A stretch of DNA of 62,361 bases, filler included, from Chiloscyllium plagiosum (GCF_004010195.1; 3 parts of one record of this genome joined end to end with filler, not necessarily neighbours in it), one strand, 5' to 3'; shown: positions 50,914 through 62,361, numbered from the whole stretch's first letter. Translations and numbers: made by a program. The notes: a model not told the origin generated them from the sequence alone.

Positions 50914-51897
50914 TTGCCTTCAAACTCATTGGCAACTATCCATAAGAGCCAGCATTTCTTGCCAGATGCTCATCAGCTTTCTTTAGTAGCCTCTGACCTT
51001 GAAGTCAATATTTATGCTCATTGGTAAATGATTTTCTTTCAGGGTGCTGATTCCTGTGGTGACCCAAGACCCTGTCCTAGCCTCTGCCTGTGTGCAGAAT
51101 AATTCATTATGCTGAGACTCCTCTCTCAGATTACTGTCTGAAATAGATTTGATGCCAGTCTATCAGCTGCCTCTTGTTTAGTTTAAAATTGCATTCTCAG
51201 GAAAAGTGGTCTCTTTTTCTTAAGCTAGCACAGGGACTTAATACTGTCAGTGTTGTATGTTTACCTTATCTTTAAGAGAGTTCCCATTTAAGAATCTGCG
51301 TGCTGTATGTATAAAATGTTATGACTCTACCTGGCAGTTAGTCTGCTGTGGTTCTGAAAACTGCACACGAAATTACATACACACGGAAATTAGTTGGTTT
51401 GCTATAATATCTGCCTCATTACTTGAAATGTTGTGGTTCTGTTTGCCGAGCTGGGAATTTGTGTTGCAGACATTTCGTCCCCTGTCCAGGTGACATCCTC
51501 AGTACTTGGGAACCTCCGGCATTTATAGTGGCCTGTCCCTGCCGCTTCCGGTTGTCAGTTTCAGCTGTCCGCTGCAGTGGTCGGTATATTGGGTCCAGGT
51601 CAATGTGTTTGTTGATAGAATCTGTAGATGAGTGCCATGCCTCTAGGAATTCCCTGGCTGTTCTTTGTTTGGCTTGTCCGATAATAGTAGTGTTGTCCCA
51701 GTCAAACTCATGTTGCTTGTCATCTGCGTGTGTGGCTACTACGGATAGCTGGTCATGTCGTTTTGTGGCTAGTTGGTGTTCATGGATACGGATCGTTAGC
51801 TGTCTTCCTGTTTGTCCTATGTAGTGTTTTGTGCAGTCCTTGCATGGGATTTTGTACACTATGTTGGTTTTGCTCATGCTGGGTATCGGGTCCTTTG

Positions 51898-52087
51898 AGG
51901 AGAAAGTGAGGTCTGCAGATGCTGGAGATCAGAGATGGAAATGTGTTGCTGGAAAAGCGCAGCAGGTCTGGCAGCATCTAGGGAACAGGAGAATCGACGT
52001 TTCGGAAGGGCTAATGCCCGAAACGTCGATTCTCCTGTTCCCTAGATGCTGCCAGACCTGCTGCGCTTTTCCAGCAACACATTTCCA
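51898..52087. mobile_element. Fold-back PLE mini-element nested in the Poseidon-like element; hammerhead core truncated
   Basis: Perfect 71-bp arms 51935-52005 and 52018-52088; 14-bp TSD TATC(G/A)GGTCCTTTG at 51884-51897 and 52088-52101. Confidence 0.92.
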
Positions 52088-52444
52088 TATCAGGTCCTTT
52101 GTCCTGGTGAGTTGTTGTCTGAGAGTGGCTGTTGGTTTGTGTGCTGTTATGAGTCCTAGTGGTCATAGTAGTCTGGCTGTCAGTTCAGAAATGTTCTTGA
52201 TGTATAGTAACGTGGCTATCCTTTGGGTTGTGGCTTGTCCTCATTCAGTTGTCTTTCCCTTAGGCCTCTGTTGATGAAATTGCGGGGGTATCCATTTTTG
52301 GCAAATACATTGTAGGGGTGTTCTTCTTCCTCTTTTTTTTTGGAACTGGAACTGGAGCTGGAACTGACAGCCGGAAGCGGCAGAGACAAAGCACTATAAA
52401 TGCCGGAGGAAACAACACAGAAGCGCTTCACAGGAGGCTCCCAA

Positions 52445-52484
52445 GCACTGAGGATGTCACCTAGACAGGGTATGAAACGTCTGC
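52445..52484 (+). ncRNA. Type I hammerhead motif of the Poseidon-like PLE (mirror copy ~51466-51505, minus)
   Basis: gca-CTGAGGA-t-GTCACC tagaca GGGTAT (GGGGAC in the mirror copy)-GAAA-CG-TC-tgc. Confidence 0.75.
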
Positions 52485-53570
52485 AACACAGATTTCCAGC
52501 TCGGTGAATAGAACCACAACAACGAGCACCCGAGCTACGAATCTTCTCACAAACTTGAAATGTGTTTCATTGTTTCAAGTAAATTAAACCCTTGAGTTAA
52601 TCAGTCCTTGGCAAACCATTTATTATTAGACCATGATTATTAACATGACATGTTGTACAATAATGGAAAATATCATGCTGATAAGGTCAATCATTCTTCA
52701 ACAGTCAGCAAGCATGTTAAACTACAGGTGGAACACGTGGTCAACAGTCTGAAATTGTGCTACAATGTATGAGACAATTTTTGATATTTTTGTTTGTTAC
52801 AGCAATGTAAGATGTTGAAAGGGAAGAATCATTAGCATTTTGTGTGAAGCGTGGCCAGAGTGAGTGGAGGGACAGTTTTGACTTGTCATAGAATCCCAAC
52901 AGTGTGGAAGCAGGCCATTCAGCCCATCAGGTCCACACTGACCCTCCGAGGAGCATCCCAACCAGACCCACTCCTGCTATCCAGTCCCTGTAGCACTGTA
53001 TTTTCCATGGCTCATGAGAATGTGTAGAATGAGTTACAAGTAAAACGCCAATAAAAAGATGAAGAAACCTTGCAGCACTGACACTCACCACACCATGAAT
53101 CCAGCTCCCTGATGGCAGTACATTATTTTCTCGGTGAAAGGTGAGCCTAGTCTCCTCTGGTCATGGCATGTATTGTGATATTGTTCTGGAAATAAAGTGG
53201 GAGCTTATGGGATTACAGGGGTAATGACATGTGCCCCATTGTAGGGTATCAAGTCCACTGCTTCTTTTGGTATATATTAATGATCTGAGAGTAAAGGGAT
53301 ATTTTCAAAAATTTACTGATGACATAATAGTCAACACTGTAGTTACTAATGAAGATAGTAACAGACTTTAGGAGGACAAGTGCAGACAGGTGAAATAGGC
53401 CAACACATGACAAGTGGAATTTAATATGGAGAAGTTTAAAGTAATACATTTTTATGTTTGAAAAGTAAGGAATTGCAATATAAGTTAATCTATGACTCTT
53501 TTAAAAGGAGAGCAAGTTTGGAGTTTGTACACCCAAATCTTTGAATTTGGCAGGAAAGACTATAAGAACA

Positions 53571-53665
53571 TCTCTGAAGAAGAGTCAAACCAGACTTGAA
53601 ACATTAACTCTTTTTCTCTCTCCACAGATGAGGCTAAGTTTCCCCAGCATTCTCTGCATTTGTCC
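53571..53665 (+). mobile_element. Old PLE-derived short element (family C) starting with a hammerhead
   Basis: CTGAAGA-a-GAGTC aaacca GACTT-GAAA-ca-TT-aac, then CTCTCCACAGATG. Confidence 0.65.
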
Positions 53666-54247
53666 AAGATTTATCTAGTTTTACTTTTACCATCCTGGTA
53701 GTAACATAATCCACTGATAATGGAGCTGTTAATTAATCATACAGTAATCATTCTTTATCAATTAGTTACAACAAAACCAGATTTGACACTATAAAAGTGC
53801 TCCCAGTGATGGAGAAATGCCTTCAGCAGTTAAAATGCAATAGCACCATCTTGTGAACTAAAAGGGCCTTAGTTGTAAAACACAGTAATCCAGAACCTTT
53901 ACTTTCAAAGATTCCTAACTGCTATCAGGCTATGGAATAGATGGACAGGAACATAGTTATCTCAATGCTCTGTACCTCTAACAATGTTGCATGTTGAGTT
54001 TTGCCCTGGACAGTTAACATATGTATGAGATCTATCACTCTTAAGGAGTCGAACTCTCAATGTTTCAACTGACAGTGTCAACAGTATAGTCAAAATGAAA
54101 TGAACATTAAAGCCTGGAACCAGGTCTTAAATCTGATTGGTACCAATTGGATTAAAACCTTCTTTTCCTGTCTAGTGTGTCGGAAGTGTGTGAGATGACT
54201 AAAACTTCAACCTACTGATATTGTGCAATTTGGCCAGACTGTTTATT

Positions 54248-54628
54248 GAGTCATAGAGTCATAGAGATGTACAGCACGGAAACAGATCTTTGGTCCAACT
54301 CGTCCATGCCAACCAGATATCCCAACATAATCTAGTCCCACAAGTCAGCACCCTGCCCATTTCTCTCCAAATACTTCCTATTCATATATCCATCCAAAGG
54401 CCTTTTAAATATTACAATTGCACCAGCCTCCACTACTTCTTCTGGCAGCTCATTCTATGCATGTACCATCCTCTGTGTGAAAAAGTTGCCTCTTAGGTCT
54501 CTTTTATATCTTTCCCCTCTCACTCTAAACCTATGCCCTCTATTTCTGGACTCCTCCACCCCAGGGAAATCTGGTTTTGTCTATTTATCCTATTCATGCC
54601 TCTCATGATTTTATAAAACTCTATAAGG
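54248..54628 (-). mobile_element. HER1/CR1 3' end
   Basis: Reverse complement of 10405-10790. Confidence 0.9.
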
Positions 54629-54634
54629 GAAAAG

Positions 54635-54930
54635 GGAGATGGTGGTAGCAGTGGCAATATCATTGGATTAGTAATCTAGAATGATAAGTTAATGACTGTG
54701 AAATTTAAATTCAATAAAAATCTGGAATAAAAATCTAGCATAATGATGACCATGTCAAATTTGTAAAAACCCATCTGACTCATTAATGCTCTTTAAGGAA
54801 GGAAATCAGCTACCCTTAACTGGAATGGTTTACATGTAACTCCAGATTACAGCAATATGGTTGTCCCTTAACTTGCAATGTTTGCTGATCTCATTAGTGA
54901 TGCTATATCCCATGAATTAATTCTTAAAAA
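54635..54930 (+). mobile_element. Deu-domain SINE (SacSINE1-like)
   Basis: GTAAAAACCCATCTGACTCATTAATGCTCTTTAAGGAAGGAAAT..TCCAGATTACAGCAATATGGTTG; tail similar to the LINE tail at 5270-5325. Confidence 0.75.
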
Positions 54931-55269
54931 TCTTTTGATTTCATGCAGATGTCATCTTTCAATTGGAATGTTATTAAGTTTGTGGCTGAACCAAAATTGC
55001 TTCCAGTACAGGTCTAGTAGGATCAAAGCCCTCATCCAGACATCTGACCCATCTAGCTTCAGATTCCATTCCTCACTCTGAGTGTTGTTTAATCTTAATA
55101 CTGCAGTGGTGTTTTCCTCTATGTAAACCAATAGTTTGCACCATTGTTAATCAGTTCAGTGTTTAATCATCACCTAGTGTGGTTGTGCATGGAAGTCTCT
55201 GCTATATTTGCAGCAGAAGAACACATTGTGCAAGATTCACTGGATTCTAATTCTTCTGATACCTCTTTG

Positions 55270-56350
55270 TCAGCTGATCTTTTTGTCTATCCTCACCTCC
55301 TCCAATGCCCTTCTAAACAGTCAGCATCCAGATATCATGCCACTAGCAACTTGTCTCCTAGTTGTCAGTACTAATATCCATAATCTTCATATCTTATTTG
55401 CAGGTGAACTGGCAGCTAGTTCCCTGTACAGAACATCTTTGGTCATGTGGTCAGCATCCACCAATGGACATAACCACACCTGCACAGATATCATTCACAA
55501 AGCAGTGAGTAGGTGCTGACAGAATTAATATATCTCAGAATCTCTGAGTTCATGACCCTGCCAGGACAAGAGATGCTGGGGATGCATCTGAGACAATGAA
55601 CCGAGAGAAACTGTTTGGCCTGTTCTCCTGCTTAGCACATGTTGTCCAGGCTTCCACACTGTTGAGGAGTGTGCAGAGGATGCAGTCTCAGTAGATTTGT
55701 AGTTTGGTGTTCTCAGTCAGGTTGCTGTTGGTCCTGTCTCTCTGATTCCACTTGGACAAAATAACTACGGCTTTTGTGATGCATTGATTTCAGCACTGAA
55801 ACTATTAACAACCTCCAGCATCACAATGTGGAATGTTGATAGATTTGATTTGATTTATTATTGTCACATGTACCGAGATACAGTGAAAAGTATTGTTTTT
55901 GTGCTATCCTGACAAATCATATCTTACATAAGTACTTCCGGATAATAGAACAGAATGCTGGATATAATGTTTCAGCTGCAGGGAAGGTGCAAAGAAAGAT
56001 TAATTCTAATTTGAGAGGTCCATTCATAAGGTTAATAACTGTGGAGAAGAATTGGTACTTGAAACTATTGGTACGAGTTTTCAAAATTCTGTATCTTCTG
56101 CGCAATGGAACAGCGTGACAAAGGAGGGGAGGGGAATATGTGTCTGGTGGCGGCTTCCCACTGGAGGCATGTTTCTTTTCTGAAAAAAATGTCAATTATG
56201 CAAAGCTCATGGTCGTGGTTAAGCTCAAAAAGTCTTTGACCATTCTTAATAACCTTTCCAAAGCCATGATATGCAAAGAATGAGGGCTGTGTTTCTAACC
56301 CACAATCACTTTTGTATTCTAATGCCCCAGTACGCAGGAGTGTTCTGTCT
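55270..56350 (-). mobile_element. RTE-clade LINE remnants, interrupted by another LINE 3' end at ~55842-56115
   Basis: HGFGKVIKNGQRLFEL..HELCIIDIFF (APE); NLTENTKLQIY..TLLNSVEAWTT..HCLRCI (RT C-terminus). Confidence 0.75.
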
Positions 56351-56989
56351 TGGGAATTCAGTTGGATCAGTATCAAGCTCCACTTTCGCTACTGTTGTGG
56401 ATCCAGCATTGGAACTCTCGCCAGTTCTATTTTGAATACCCCCACATTATTCGGACATAGATTTCCCCAAAAGTAACTGTTTCCAGTTCCTACTTTGGTC
56501 AGATTCTGCCTTATTTTAATAAAATCTGACTTCCCCAATCCAAAACTCTGGACAGAGCACCTTTTTGCTTTTCCATGCAAAGTAAAAATGAACTTTGATG
56601 TGGTCGGCTTTACTAAAATACTCTCCCTTCTGCTGCCTCAAACACCTATCTGGCTTAATTTCCCAGAATTAGGTCCAGCTGTCCCTTAATGCTCATAGCA
56701 TCCCAGCCCTGCCTTTTGTGCATTGCCCTGTCAGCCAAAGCTATCTGGTTTAAATTACAACTATATTGCCTTACTATTTAGTGCAGATACGGCCAGGGGT
56801 TAAGTTTCCCGAGCAATTGAGGTGACAGCGCGGAAGGGGTGAAGGGTTCATGGTATTGAACTGTGGGCAAGTATGAATGGGAAAAATGTTGCATGCATTA
56901 GCAAGAACATGAGCCTTGCTGGGGAGTAGGTACAGTCCAGAGATGGAGTGAGTGTGAGACATCAGAGAAAAGATGGTGGTGTTTACACT

Positions 56990-57218
56990 GTTGGAGTGGA
57001 CAAGGATATTGATCTTCTTTTTCCAGTGCTTGACATTCCTCCCGCTGGCTGAGACTGCTTCAATAGGGGCAGCTACCTTGGACCAGGCTGGTAAGGTCTG
57101 GTATCAGGATCTCCACTGCTGGTCCTGGGGTAAGAGGACGTCCCGGCCGTGCATCACCCCTCAGAACCTCTGGGACCCTACCCACAAATTGGGGCACAGA
57201 TTTCTTCCTGTCTGCCAT
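56990..57218 (-). pseudogene. Harbinger Myb/SANT (trihelix) accessory protein remnant; possible element end near 57500
   Basis: With one frameshift: MADRKKSVPQF..EVL../..RDVLLPQD..TLPAWSKVAAPIEAVSASGRNVKHWKKKINIL. Confidence 0.6.
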
Positions 57219-58290
57219 GTCTGGGGTAAATGTCAGGAGCTGACAGTACTTGCCCAGGTACTGAACAGGCTTTTAAATATGGCACTGGTGCCAGAGATAC
57301 TAATCAATCTGAGATCACCAGTGAGTGGCGAGTTCTGAGTTTAGTGTATAGTAAGATGGCTGGAAATTGGATGGGACAGTCTCCATAACCACCGATGAAA
57401 GTGGTGAGTTTAGGAAAATATGGTGAGAAAACCCACTTGGCATCACTAGCAAGAATCGTTCCACCGAATTTGACTGAATTTGCACGTTTAAGATTCGGCC
57501 TGTATATTGTTTTCATACTTCTATCTCCAAACGGACCAATTCAAAGCATCTCATAAAGGAATCATTTTACAATCACTTGCTTTGTATTATGGTATTTGGA
57601 TTTGCTGAAAAGAAAGATGTTGCCAGAACATTTCCTCTTGCTCACACCAAGACTATCCTCATATTTGAAGGATGATACCTCCTCCAGGTAAACAGTCCCT
57701 CACCCCTACATGAAGTGTCAGCTTTGGTTACATGCTTAGTGGGGTTCAGGTCAACCATCTTGATTCAGAGGTTATTACCAACTGAACCACGATAACATGA
57801 TGATGACACCTTTGGAAATGCATCCGAGATTTCTAATAGAGGATGTATAGCTGGAGGTTTACACACATTACATGTCATACATGAATGAAGCTGCAGTTTC
57901 GAGAATAAACTACAACCAGGGACGAGCAGCAAGACATCTGTCAGAGATAATCCTCTCAGGGACATGAAGGGTAAATTCTCTGCCCTGAGGCTAACAAAAT
58001 GCATGTTTTTGTCTGCACTGATTGTACCGGGATACAATGTTTATCATGTCCACACATGTAGACTTCGATCTGGGATTAATTTACAGGAGGAAGAAGCTGA
58101 AGTGTGTCCTCCCTTATCCCTTATCTTAAGAAGAGCTTTGTTAAATTAATAATCATCAAAAACACTCCTGTTTACACCCATGAAGAGTATTAACTCGACT
58201 TTCACACCACAGATGCTGCCGGACCTGCTAAGCCTTGTTAGCAATTTTTCGTTTGGTTTCTGCTCACATCATGAATTGAGACAAATCCAG

Positions 58291-58583
58291 CTCATCTATC
58301 ACCCGCTCACTTGCTCACATATCACCCACACACTCGCTCACCTATCAGCCCCACACTTGCTCACCTATCACCCGCTCACTTGCTCACCTATCACCCACAC
58401 ACTCGCTCACCTATCAGCCCCACACTTGCTCACCTATCACTTCACACTTGCTCACCTATCAGCCCCACACTTGCTCACCTATCACTCACACACCTACTCA
58501 ACTATCAGCCCCACACTTGCTCACTTATCAGCCCCACACTTGCTCACCTATCACCCGCTCACTTGCTCACCTATCACCCACAC
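58291..58583. repeat. ~21-25 bp minisatellite (CACACTTGCTCACCTATCAGCCC)
   Basis: About 13 tandem units running into the gap; explains ORFs 58180-58639. Confidence 0.95.
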
Positions 58584-58683
58584 NNNNNNNNNNNNNNNNN
58601 NNNNNNNNNNNNNNNNNNNNNNNNNNNTTAATTAATTAANNNNNNNNNNNNNNNNNNNNNNNNNNNNNNNNNNNNNNNNNNNN
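58584..58683. other. Artificial scaffold gap spacer
   Basis: 44 N + TTAATTAATTAA + 44 N. Confidence 0.97.
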
Positions 58684-59482
58684 AGACAAATGTGAGGTGA
58701 TGCATTTAGGCACGACTAATTCTAGAGCGAATTATGCAATGAATGGAAGAGCCTTGGGAAAAGTTGATGGCAGAGAGATCTGGGAGTGCAGGTCCATTGT
58801 ACCCTGAAGGTTGCTGCACAGGTGGATAGAGTGGTCAAGAAGGCATATAGTATGCTTGCCTTCATTGGAAAAGGTATTGAGTATAAGAGTTAGCAAGTCA
58901 TGTTAAAATTGTACAAGACATTGGTTCGGCCGCATACTGTGTGCAGTTCTGGTCGCCACATTACCGAAAGGATGTGAACGCTTTGGAGAGGGTGCAGAGA
59001 AGGTTTACGAGGATGTTGCCTGGTATGGAATGTACTAATTATGAAGAGAGGTTGAGTAGGTTAGGTTTATTTTCATTAGAAAAAAGGAGATTGAAGGGGG
59101 ACCTGATTGAGGTTTACAAAATCATGAAGAGTATAGACAGGGTGGATAGAGACAAGCTTTTTCCCAGGGTGAAGGATTCAATAGCGAGAGGTCACACTTT
59201 CAAGGTGAGAGTTGCAAAGTTGAAGGGGGATACACGTGGCAAGTACTTCACACAGAGGGTGGTGGGCGTTTGGAATGCGTTGCCAGCAGAGGTGGTAGAG
59301 GTAGGCATAGTAGATTCATTTAAGATGCATCTGGACAGATGCATAAGTAGGTGGGGAGCAGAGGAATACAGATGTTTAGGAACTGGGCGACAGGTTTAGA
59401 CAGTAGATTTGGATCGGCACACGCTTGGAGGGCCGAAGGGCCTGTTCCTGGGCTGTAAATTTTCTTTGTTCTTTGTTCTTTG
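58684..59482 (+). mobile_element. CR1 LINE 3' fragment with (TTCTTTG)n tail
   Basis: QFWSPHYRKD..RRLKGDLIEVYKI..WNALP. Confidence 0.93.
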
Positions 59483-60747
59483 TCAAATAAACTCACTGTC
59501 AAGTTTTACACATGTGGATAAAGCAAAGTACCTTGTACTCCTGCTTTTACCCCAACCCTAAACACCATTTTTATCCAAATACCCTTCCAAAGCCCTCTTG
59601 AATGCAAGAATTTGTTGAAGAAAAAGTAATTTGTAGGCTTAAAAATCCAGTTTGCACTGTGGCATAGTGGTAGTGTCCCTGCCTCTAGGCCAGAAGATCC
59701 TGGTTCAAATCTTATCCACTTTAGATATGAGGTAACATGCCTGAACCTCCAGTCACTGCAATTAACCTCCAGTCACTGCATTCTGCTGGAGAAATCACCC
59801 TTAATGTGTCATTTAAAATAGACAAAGTGAAAACATGATTGATACTTCATATCTGTCCTCGATTATTTGGCAAGGCCTGCATAGTAACTACAGTATCCCA
59901 AATCCTACCATCCCAAGCAGCCCTGAAGCCTTTTGGAAATTTAGCACGTTCATAAAATTAATTATTTTTTGAAGAGACATCCGAATGTAGAGAACCATAG
60001 TCACCTGCAAACAGAGCACACAATGTACCCAACAGAAACATAATTTTGGCCACACTCTTTAGTCAAGAAAAGTAAAGGAGATATTGTAGGGTGATATGTG
60101 GAACATGCATAAAAAAAGTGAGAAAACAGCTGAGTTTTATGCATTGTGCCTCTACTATTGCCGGATTCTATTGTATAGTGAATAGTGTGTCAGCAAAGTT
60201 CTGAGTCATCTGGATTTAAATGTGACTTGCTGGAATGTGATATTTACAATGTATTGGAGTAAGGCTTATACAGACCTCAATATTATCAAGAATAATTTAA
60301 TTGCTGCCATCATGAAGCATTCAACTGAGCTACAATTGGTCTTCAAAAAATAAATGACAACTGCTCTGAAACTTCTTGATATGGATACAGTTTGAAGGAG
60401 TTTTTGGATGGATTTTGGATGGTCTTCTGAGTAATAATCCAAAACATTATTGGTATCAGTTTTGGTTCATTTGAAACAGAACAATGGTACAATTAATCTA
60501 CATACCAGAATTATGGTACTATATTGCTTTGTACTTCCATAGCCCTGTATTCGTTCTGAGGATTCACCCTAAAATAGTTACTCTTGGCACCACAAAGTCA
60601 AATCATGTCAGCATACCACTGGTTACTGATCATCAAAAGTCATGTTAGGCTGTGAGCATACAAGAAAGATCATTTGCAATTGCTCACCAACCAGAGTCAA
60701 TATGTACAGATCAAGTTTGCCAGCAGAACTTTAAAATGTAAATTTAA

Positions 60748-62275
60748 GACCATAAGTTGATAAGATATAGAAGCAGAAATTAGGCCATTCAACCTATCGA
60801 GCGTGGTCTGCCATTCAATCATAGCTGATAGGTTTCACAAACCATTCTCCTGCTTTCTCTCTGTAACCCTTGATCCCCTTGATGCTCAAGAACTCATCTG
60901 TCTCAGTCTTAAATATACTCAATGAACTGGCAATGAATTTGATAGATTCACCACTTTCTGGCCGAAGAAATTTCTCCTTATCTCTGTTCTAAAAGGTATA
61001 ACCTTTACCCTATGGCTATGCCCTTGGATCCTCGTCTCTCCTACCAATGAAAACATCTTCCCAACGTCTACTCTGTCCAGGCCATTCAGTGTGCTGCATG
61101 TTTCAATTAGATTCCCCTCACCCTTCTAAACTCCATTAAATATAGTCCTCAAACATCCTCATATGTTAAGCTTTTCATTCCCAGGACCATTCTCATGAAC
61201 CTCCTCTGAACACACTCCAGGTCCAGTACATCCTTCCTAAGATATGGGGCCCAAAACTGCACACAAATACTCCAAATGTGGTCTGACCAGGGCCTTATAG
61301 AGCCTCTGAAGTACGTGCCTGCTTTTATATTCAAATCCTTTCAAAATAAATGCCATCATTGCATTTATCTTCCTAACTATTGGCTCAACTTTCAAGTTTA
61401 TCCTGAGAGAATCCTGGATTAGAACTTCCAAGTCTCTTTGCACTTCAGACTTCTGAATTTTCTCCCCATTTAGAAAATATTCATACCTCTATTCTTCCTA
61501 CAAAAGTGCATGACATCACACTTTCCCATGTTGTACTCCATCTGCCACTTCTTTGCCCACTGTCCTAACCGGTTCAAATCCTTCTGCAGCCCCCCCAACT
61601 CCACCACCTCCTCAATGATACCTATCCATTTACATGTCTTTGTATCATCTGCAAGCCTAACCAGAATGTGCCCTCAGCTCTTTCATCTAGCTCTTTCATT
61701 AATGTATAAAGTGAAAAGTTGTGGTCCCAAGACTGAGCCTTGTGGAACATCACTTGTCACTGGCTGCCAACCTTACTATCCCCACTCTCTGCTGTCTGCC
61801 AGACAGCCAAGCTTCTATCCATGCTAGCACGTTGTCTCTGACACCATAGGCCCTTATCTTACTCAGCAGCCTCCTGTGCAATACCTTGTCAAAGGCCTTC
61901 TTGAAGTCCAGGTAGATAATATTCATTGGCTCTCCTTGGTCAAGTCTGCTCATTAATTCCTCAAAGAATCCTAGAAGATTTGTCAGGCATGACCTCCCTT
62001 TGATGAAACCATGCTGACTTTGACCTATTTTACCATTCATTTACAAGTATTCAGAGATCTGATCCTTCACAATGGATTCCAGGATCTCACCCATGACCAA
62101 GGTTAGGCTAATCAGTCTGTCATTTTCTGTCTTTTGCCTTACTCCCTTTTTAAATAAGATGTCATGTTAGCAATTTTCCAGTCCTCTGGCCCCCTCCCTG
62201 ATTCTAGCAATTCCTGAAAGATCACCCCAATGTCTCTGCTATCTCTTCAGCTATCTCCCTTAGGACTCTGAGGTG
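60748..62275 (-). mobile_element. CR1 LINE 3' portion (RT and 3' UTR)
   Basis: QHGFIKGRSCLTNL, YLDFKKAFDKV, LVRPHLEY. Confidence 0.92.
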
Positions 62276-62279
62276 TAGG

Positions 62280-62361
62280 TTGAAACTTTATTGCTGGAAC
62301 AGCACAGCAGGTCAGGCAGCATCCAGGGAACAGGAGATTCGACGCTTCGGGCACAGGCCCT
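62280..62361 (-). mobile_element. Arm of a PLE mini-element nearly identical to 12888-12969, cut by the window edge
   Basis: One difference seen over 82 bp (CGACGCTTCG versus CGACGTTTCG). Confidence 0.9.

Larger units (their letters stand above)
51432..52552 (-). mobile_element. 5'-truncated Penelope-like element (Poseidon-like) with GIY-YIG endonuclease and inverted terminal repeat
   Basis: NGYPRNFI; IVYKIPCKDCTKHYIGQTGRQL..EH..REFLEAWHS; 52362-52520 is an inverted copy of 51432-51560 plus tail; 11-bp TSD ACTTGAAATGT at 51421-51431 and 52553-52563. Confidence 0.93.

Noticed and set aside
51043..51102. GADSCGDPRPCPSLCLCAE, resembling an LRR N-terminal cap
   Set aside because: Ends in a stop immediately and no LRRs follow.
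58180..58639. His/Thr/Leu-rich repeat proteins
   Set aside because: Translation of a minisatellite running into an N gap.
59744..59782. 20-bp tandem duplication AACCTCCAGTCACTGCA(A)TT
   Set aside because: Simple local duplication at the end of a SINE remnant, with no further structure.

Overview
Repeat-rich vertebrate genomic DNA, almost certainly from an elasmobranch (shark/ray), judged by HE1-type V-SINEs, HER1/CR1 LINEs and Deu-domain SINEs. I cannot support any host protein-coding exon; nearly every long ORF in the track is a transposon remnant or its antisense frame. The window is a nested mosaic of many CR1 fragments (one with an SGNH-esterase ORF1), a near full-length but broken L1-clade ORF2 (38747-42554), RTE and Tx1 fragments, a decayed Mag-like Gypsy element (~24.8-28.8 kb), Harbinger transposase and Myb/SANT remnants, a Tigger-like MITE, SINEs, minisatellites and two artificial 100-bp gap spacers. 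The most striking signal is a Penelope-like element (PLE) system. Two GIY-YIG-coding PLE remnants and a set of ~95-250 bp non-coding mini-insertions carry minimal type I hammerhead ribozyme motifs (about 15 copies, at least 4 sequence families). Most are arranged as head-to-head fold-backs with both 3' ends pointing outward and 9-15 bp target-site duplications. In one insertion (32702-32841) the inverted arm is replaced by the 3' half of a tRNA-Gly(GCC) with an unprocessed trailer, which suggests that the two ends of a PLE insertion are primed independently and can capture cellular RNA. Coordinates of old, decayed repeats are approximate.
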